From a virus (taxonomy: Duplodnaviria > Caudoviricetes), in IMG/VR virus record IMGVR_UViG_3300037478_000411, positions 1-38,727 of that record: a DNA stretch of 38,727 nt; one strand, written 5' to 3'. Shown one piece after another: positions 34,439 to 38,727 of this stretch. Position 1 is the first letter of the stretch. Every line of letters starts with the position of its first letter. The notes under the pieces are model-generated. The model was not told where the DNA came from and made no database searches. It saw only the letters and a program-made list of their open reading frames with translations. The position numbers and the translations under genes were made by a program.

Positions 34439-34632
34439 CCCGCCAGGCCGACCGCCGCTACACGCGGGAGCTCGAAGAGTACTGGAAACACGAACGATGG
34501 TTTGACGCCTGTGTCGCCATGCATCTCAACCGTGAGGCAGGCGCCCAACTCACCCCCGACGAGCAAGCAATGGCCTGGGTTGGAGAAGCCCTCGTACAAG
34601 CGGTCGATAGACGCGAAACGAAGAATAGTTGA
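34435..34632 (+). CDS. hypothetical protein
   Basis: GAGGAG RBS, ATGA overlap. Confidence 0.55.
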   Translation: MTRQADRRYTRELEEYWKHERWFDACVAMHLNREAGAQLTPDEQAMAWVGEALVQAVDRRETKNS

Positions 34633-35600
34633 CGCGTAATGGACATAGAGCACCCCGACAAGAGCACCGCTCCGAGCGTTTCGAAATGATGTATGCAATG
34701 GACAATGCTCAACGCGAAATCAAGATCGGATACTCCACCGATGGGCACCGAAGAATTTCGGCGCACACGACTAATGGTTTTGAACTTCTAGCTGCCTGGC
34801 CCGCCACCCAAGACGACGAAAAGGAAACGCATAAAAGGTTGCGACCGCACCGGATGGAGGGTCGAGGCAAGGAGACCTACCTGGGGACCGAAGTCTACGA
34901 CTACATCACCGGGCTATTGGGACGCAATTATGCGGCCCCCACGATCGCAGAGGCAAGGGCCCTGCCGCGACTCCCAATTGAAGTCTGGGGTTTCGGTAAA
35001 GACCTGACACACGTTCGAGCTGACGGTCAGGGTTCCCTATTGGATGCCTACGAACCCCACGACAGGCCTCGCCTCATCAGTGAACTGCCCTGGAACAGCA
35101 GCGAATCGGACGAATGGTTTACGCCGGCCCACATCATTGAGCCAGCCCGACGCGCAATGGGAACTATCGACACCGATCCTGCCTCCTGTGCGGAAGCCAA
35201 CAAAACCGTTAAAGCGGACCTTTGGTACGGGAGACATCAAGACGGACTAGACCCGCTATTGCCCTGGCGTGGCAACGTGTGGCTCAACCCCCCCTATGGC
35301 ACCGGCAATTCGTCGGCGGGTCATTTTGTTGATCGGCTTGTTCGTGAACTGGGGCAAGGCGCTGTCCACCAGGCGGTCACCTGTCTAAACCTCAACAGTA
35401 TGGGAAGCCTCTGGTTTGAAACCATATTCGATGTTGCCGCCCTGCATTGTATCTATAGGGGCCGCATCAATTTCACGCCACCTGGAGGCGGCAATTCGTC
35501 ACCGACAAAGGGCACCGTCCTGTCCTACTTCGGAAAGAACCTGGAGGCGTTCGCCGAACAGTTCCGACCTTTGGGTCACGTCTTAGAGGTGCGCGCATGA
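34629..35600 (+). CDS. phage DNA N6-adenine methyltransferase (Dam-like) with N-terminal GIY-YIG/T5orf172-like domain
   Basis: SDEWFTP, DPAS, DGL...W, VWLNPPYG, GRINF; N-terminal YAM...IKIGYS...RR...E...H. Confidence 0.8.
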   Translation: MTRNGHRAPRQEHRSERFEMMYAMDNAQREIKIGYSTDGHRRISAHTTNGFELLAAWPATQDDEKETHKRLRPHRMEGRGKETYLGTEVYDYITGLLGRNYAAPTIAEARALPRLPIEVWGFGKDLTHVRADGQGSLLDAYEPHDRPRLISELPWNSSESDEWFTPAHIIEPARRAMGTIDTDPASCAEANKTVKADLWYGRHQDGLDPLLPWRGNVWLNPPYGTGNSSAGHFVDRLVRELGQGAVHQAVTCLNLNSMGSLWFETIFDVAALHCIYRGRINFTPPGGGNSSPTKGTVLSYFGKNLEAFAEQFRPLGHVLEVRA

Positions 35601-35752
35601 GCAGCGAGTTTGACGGTCTTGTCATTGTCAAAGCCGGTCCTTCCGCCTACCAGCGGGCGTTGATTGAAGCATCCCGACTGTACGGCCCGGACGTTGAACT
35701 GAATCAGATCGGCTGGGATGGCGACGAGGTCACCTTCGAGGTTGTCGAATGA
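35597..35752 (+). CDS. hypothetical protein, 51 aa
   Basis: GAGGTG RBS, ATGA overlap; read manually. Confidence 0.5.
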   Translation: MSSEFDGLVIVKAGPSAYQRALIEASRLYGPDVELNQIGWDGDEVTFEVVE

Positions 35753-35895
35753 TCCGTCGACGCTGGTTCAAACCCTGGAAGTTCGAATACGAGTGGGTCC
35801 ACACCGGCTACGGAGCCGTCGTCGGTTATGCGTGGACCCGACGGACCGCCAGACGACGACTCGACCGTGCCATCGCAGAACTGGTTTCGGACTGA
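35749..35895 (+). CDS. hypothetical basic protein, 48 aa
   Basis: ATGA overlap; read manually. Confidence 0.45.
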   Translation: MIRRRWFKPWKFEYEWVHTGYGAVVGYAWTRRTARRRLDRAIAELVSD

Positions 35896-36008
35896 TGCTG
35901 ATAGTCCGCTGGCTCGCCCACAGGATTCGGCAACGGAGGTTTAAGGACACGCATCCTTCCTCCCCCTCCGTTGCCGAAGTTTTACGCATCTACAAGGTGA
36001 GCGGATGA
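35895..36008 (+). CDS. hypothetical protein, 37 aa
   Basis: TGATG coupling. Confidence 0.4.
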   Translation: MLIVRWLAHRIRQRRFKDTHPSSPSVAEVLRIYKVSG

Positions 36009-36097
36009 GCGACATGGTCATCAGCCTCATCGTCTACAGCCTGTTCAACATTCTCTGTGTGGCCGCAGTGGCCGACATATGGAGACAGACCAGATGA
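36005..36097 (+). CDS. 30-aa membrane peptide
   Basis: ATGA overlaps at both ends; hydrophobic. Confidence 0.45.
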   Translation: MSDMVISLIVYSLFNILCVAAVADIWRQTR

Positions 36098-36324
36098 TCG
36101 AATCGTTCACTATCGGTCTGGTCTCCGGGACTATCGCCTGCCTCATCTACATCATGTTCGCCGGACGGGTAAAAGCGAACCGTCTCGTCCAGCATGGTCT
36201 ACGCAATCTCAAATGTGCATTCGGCGCACACAGCTACATCTTCAACTGGAATGCGCCATATTTTACGCAGCCTGCCCGCTGCACCTGGTGTGGACATCAC
36301 GGACCCTGGCGGCGGATCCCATGA
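36094..36324 (+). CDS. TM + C/H zinc-finger small protein
   Basis: LKCAFGAHSY...CTWCG. Confidence 0.55.
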   Translation: MIESFTIGLVSGTIACLIYIMFAGRVKANRLVQHGLRNLKCAFGAHSYIFNWNAPYFTQPARCTWCGHHGPWRRIP

Positions 36325-36527
36325 GCCGACTTGCACCGAACGTCACCGCAGCATTCCTGCCCAGTTTGGCCCAGATCTACCAAGCAATAGAACCGCTAGC
36401 TACCGCCCAATACGGCGAGCTCTACCTCGATGGGACTCTCTCGGTACGACACCCAGACGGGTTCACCGTCGGTCGGTTTGTCATGGAAGACGAATGGTGG
36501 ATATTCGAAGTCGGAGAAGACCCGTGA
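36321..36527 (+). CDS. hypothetical protein
   Basis: ATGA overlap. Confidence 0.55.
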   Translation: MSRLAPNVTAAFLPSLAQIYQAIEPLATAQYGELYLDGTLSVRHPDGFTVGRFVMEDEWWIFEVGEDP

Positions 36528-36988
36528 CTCAGCGTCTTGTTCAGGGTGGACTCCCCCAGCGGATCATCCGCACAGTCGAACAGTCCGGACCGGTCTCCGG
36601 CCGGCAGCTCGCCCACCATTTCGGCCTCACCCCCAAAACGGTCAACCGGGCCCTCCACCGGCTCGCCAGCCGCAACCTGCTCCGACAGGCCGACGGACTA
36701 TGGGAGACCACATACAAGCCCCCACCAGCCACCAAACCACCCAACTTAACCTGGTATGACCTGCGGGCCTGCGCCACCGCCGACCCCACCATCTTCTACA
36801 ACGGCGACCATCTCACCGAAGCGCTCACCTACTGCGCTGCCTGCCCGGTCACCATTCAATGCGCCAACCTGCGAGCCGAAACGGAACGACGGTTCAACTC
36901 GCCAGCCCCCGGCATCTGGGGCGGACAACTCTGGGTCATCGCATCTGTTGGACTCAACGGCTACCGGGCAAAAAAGGCCGCCGCATGA
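36524..36988 (+). CDS. winged-HTH domain fused to a WhiB-family Fe-S domain
   Basis: SGRQLAHHFGLTPKTVNRALHRL; W...AC...DPTIFY...CAACPVTIQC...GIWGG. Confidence 0.8.
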   Translation: MTQRLVQGGLPQRIIRTVEQSGPVSGRQLAHHFGLTPKTVNRALHRLASRNLLRQADGLWETTYKPPPATKPPNLTWYDLRACATADPTIFYNGDHLTEALTYCAACPVTIQCANLRAETERRFNSPAPGIWGGQLWVIASVGLNGYRAKKAAA

Positions 36989-37119
36989 GGCTTGGCATTA
37001 ATTGGCCACGAGTGTGCTGGTTTTTCGGTCACAACTATCACATTCCAGTGATGAAACCCTTTGACCCCATTTGGTGCAAGCGGTGTGGAGAAACCATCTA
37101 TCCGATTGAGCGACCATGA
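36985..37119 (+). CDS. small C/H zinc-finger protein
   Basis: CWFFGHNY...CKRCG. Confidence 0.55.
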   Translation: MRLGINWPRVCWFFGHNYHIPVMKPFDPIWCKRCGETIYPIERP

Positions 37120-37256
37120 CCTGGAAATGCCCTGAATGCGGCATGGAAACCAGCCAGCCCGACACAGCCGAAATCGTCGTCTGCCGACAATTCAACAAAC
37201 ACAAAAAAGGCAAAGGTGTCGTCATGGAACAAGTAGAGGAGAGCAGCGATGGGTGA
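37116..37256 (+). CDS. small zinc-binding protein, 46 aa
   Basis: MTWKCPECG...C...H; ATGA overlap. Confidence 0.5.
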   Translation: MTWKCPECGMETSQPDTAEIVVCRQFNKHKKGKGVVMEQVEESSDG

Positions 37257-38082
37257 GCCTCGAGGGTACACCCGGGCCACCACCATCGCCGGCACCCTCG
37301 CCGACCGGTACGGACTCGAAAAGTGGGGTAACCGTAACGTCGTCCTGGGTATAGCCGCGCGACCCGACCTGTACGCCCTGGCAGCCTCCTGCACCGCCGA
37401 CGACAAACAGCAGTTACAGAAGATCGTCGACCAGGCCCAGGAAGCCGCCAAAGCTCAGTCAGGCGCCAACCTCGGCACCGCACTCCACCGCTTGACGGAA
37501 CGGATCGACAGCGGGGAGCTTCTCGACGTTCCCGACGCCTGGAAGCCTGATATTGACGCCTACTGCCAGACCCTCGCCGACGCACACATCAGCATCGATC
37601 TGGAATGGATGGAACGGGTTGTTCTCATCCCCGAATTCAGTGCGGCCGGCACCCTCGACCGGCTCGTCACCATCGACAACGGATCCACCTACATGGTCGC
37701 CGACCTGAAAACCGGTAAAGACGTTGTCAGCTACGGCATGAACGATATTGCCATCCAGCTCGCCCTATACGCCAACGCCACTCACGCCTGGGTTGGCGAT
37801 GCGGCCACAGTCCCCCGCGACCAGTGGGACCGCTACCTACTCCCCGATCCTGAAGAATCCGGTGCATACGACCCGATGCCAGAAGTCAACCAGGAGAAAG
37901 CGCTTGTCATACACCTGCCAGCAGGCCGAGGCGAATGCCATCTATATGAGGTTGATATTAAGGCGGGTTTAGGGGCTGCACGGCTCGCATTAGATGTACG
38001 TGAATGGCGTAACCGTGACGACCTGTCCAACCCGTTCCAACCCAAAGGAGGACATTTACAGCTGGTAAGCGACGACTGGTAA
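37249..38082 (+). CDS. PD-(D/E)XK (RecB/Cas4-like) exonuclease
   Basis: GTALH, ERVV, AGTLDRL, DLKTG, QLALYA. Confidence 0.88.
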   Translation: MGEPRGYTRATTIAGTLADRYGLEKWGNRNVVLGIAARPDLYALAASCTADDKQQLQKIVDQAQEAAKAQSGANLGTALHRLTERIDSGELLDVPDAWKPDIDAYCQTLADAHISIDLEWMERVVLIPEFSAAGTLDRLVTIDNGSTYMVADLKTGKDVVSYGMNDIAIQLALYANATHAWVGDAATVPRDQWDRYLLPDPEESGAYDPMPEVNQEKALVIHLPAGRGECHLYEVDIKAGLGAARLALDVREWRNRDDLSNPFQPKGGHLQLVSDDW

Positions 38083-38117
38083 ACATCGCAAGTCAAACGA
38101 CTATAGGAGACAAACCA

Positions 38118-38489
38118 ATGTCATTCGATTACAACCAATACGCCTCAAACGGCGACTACGCCACGTTCAAAGAGGTCGGCGACCAGGTGGTCGGCATTAT
38201 CAAAGCCGTCAGAGAAGGCCGCGATTTCAACGGCAACCCCTGCCCCGAACTCATCCTAGAAACGGGAGATGACGGCGACGAGACGACCGTCACCGCCGGA
38301 CAAGTCCTCCTCAAGGCCGCCCTGGCCGAGAAGGCTCCGCAGGTGGGAGACAAGATCCGCATCACCTACAGCGGAGTCGGCGATGCGAAACCAGGCAAGG
38401 CGCCGGCCAAGCTGTTCACCGTTGACGTGAAGGCCGGTCCGCATGAGATCCAGCAGCCGGTCGTCGCCAACAGCGAAGCCCCCTTTTAA
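38118..38489 (+). CDS. putative single-stranded DNA-binding protein (OB fold)
   Basis: AGGAGA RBS; FKEVGDQVVG...GDKIRITYSG...KLFTV; C-terminal EAPF; follows the recombination nuclease. Confidence 0.65.
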   Translation: MSFDYNQYASNGDYATFKEVGDQVVGIIKAVREGRDFNGNPCPELILETGDDGDETTVTAGQVLLKAALAEKAPQVGDKIRITYSGVGDAKPGKAPAKLFTVDVKAGPHEIQQPVVANSEAPF

Positions 38490-38495
38490 CCCGAC

Positions 38496-38527
38496 GGGAG
38501 CAGCCGTCACTACTGGCGGCTGCTCCC
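38496..38527 (+). terminator. strong GC hairpin after SSB
   Basis: GGGAGCAGCCG...CGGCTGCTCCC, no U tract. Confidence 0.5.
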
Positions 38528-38727
38528 ACCCGTATCGGATGACGATCGGACCAGCCCGGAAATGCACAGCCTGCGGAGCGATATTCCCCAAATGAAGGCG
38601 CACATTGAACCTCTCCGAAACTCTACGACGGCTACCAGACCACTATGAGGTCATCCTCAAGCCGAAAGGCGGCACCGTCGAATATGCGGACACTGTCGCC
38701 AACTGGCTCGCCGACGACGGGAAACTT

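Noticed and set aside
37249-38082. Cas4 / CRISPR system
   Set aside because: No repeat-spacer array or other cas genes; the context (next to SSB) indicates a phage recombination exonuclease

Overview
This window is most of the genome of a temperate, GC-rich siphovirus, very probably infecting an actinobacterium. Evidence for that host: a WhiB-like gene, an LPxTG sortase substrate, and actinophage-type terminase and tail genes; no lysin B is visible, which hints at a non-mycolate host. Gene order on +: small and large terminase, portal fused to a MuF-like domain, HK97 prohead protease, major capsid, then a ~8.5 kb insert. The insert holds a four-gene glycan-modification cassette (Stealth-like transferase, glycosyltransferase, ParB-like/SAM-methyltransferase fusion, pyruvyl transferase), two paralogous beta-helix proteins (one with a signal peptide) and other structural-looking genes. 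Next come head-tail connectors, major tail protein, tail chaperones with a clear -1 frameshift, tape measure and minor tail genes, interrupted by a minus-strand RHH + LPxTG moron. After these: an amidase endolysin and many small membrane proteins, a DEDD exonuclease followed by ~400 nt of highly structured putative ncRNA, a ClpP-like protease, an intact attP (3' half of tRNA-Asn), tyrosine integrase, repressor/Cro-Xis switch, and early genes (GIY-YIG-like/Dam fusion, wHTH-WhiB fusion, PD-(D/E)XK nuclease, SSB). All calls rest on motif recognition by eye; no searches were run.
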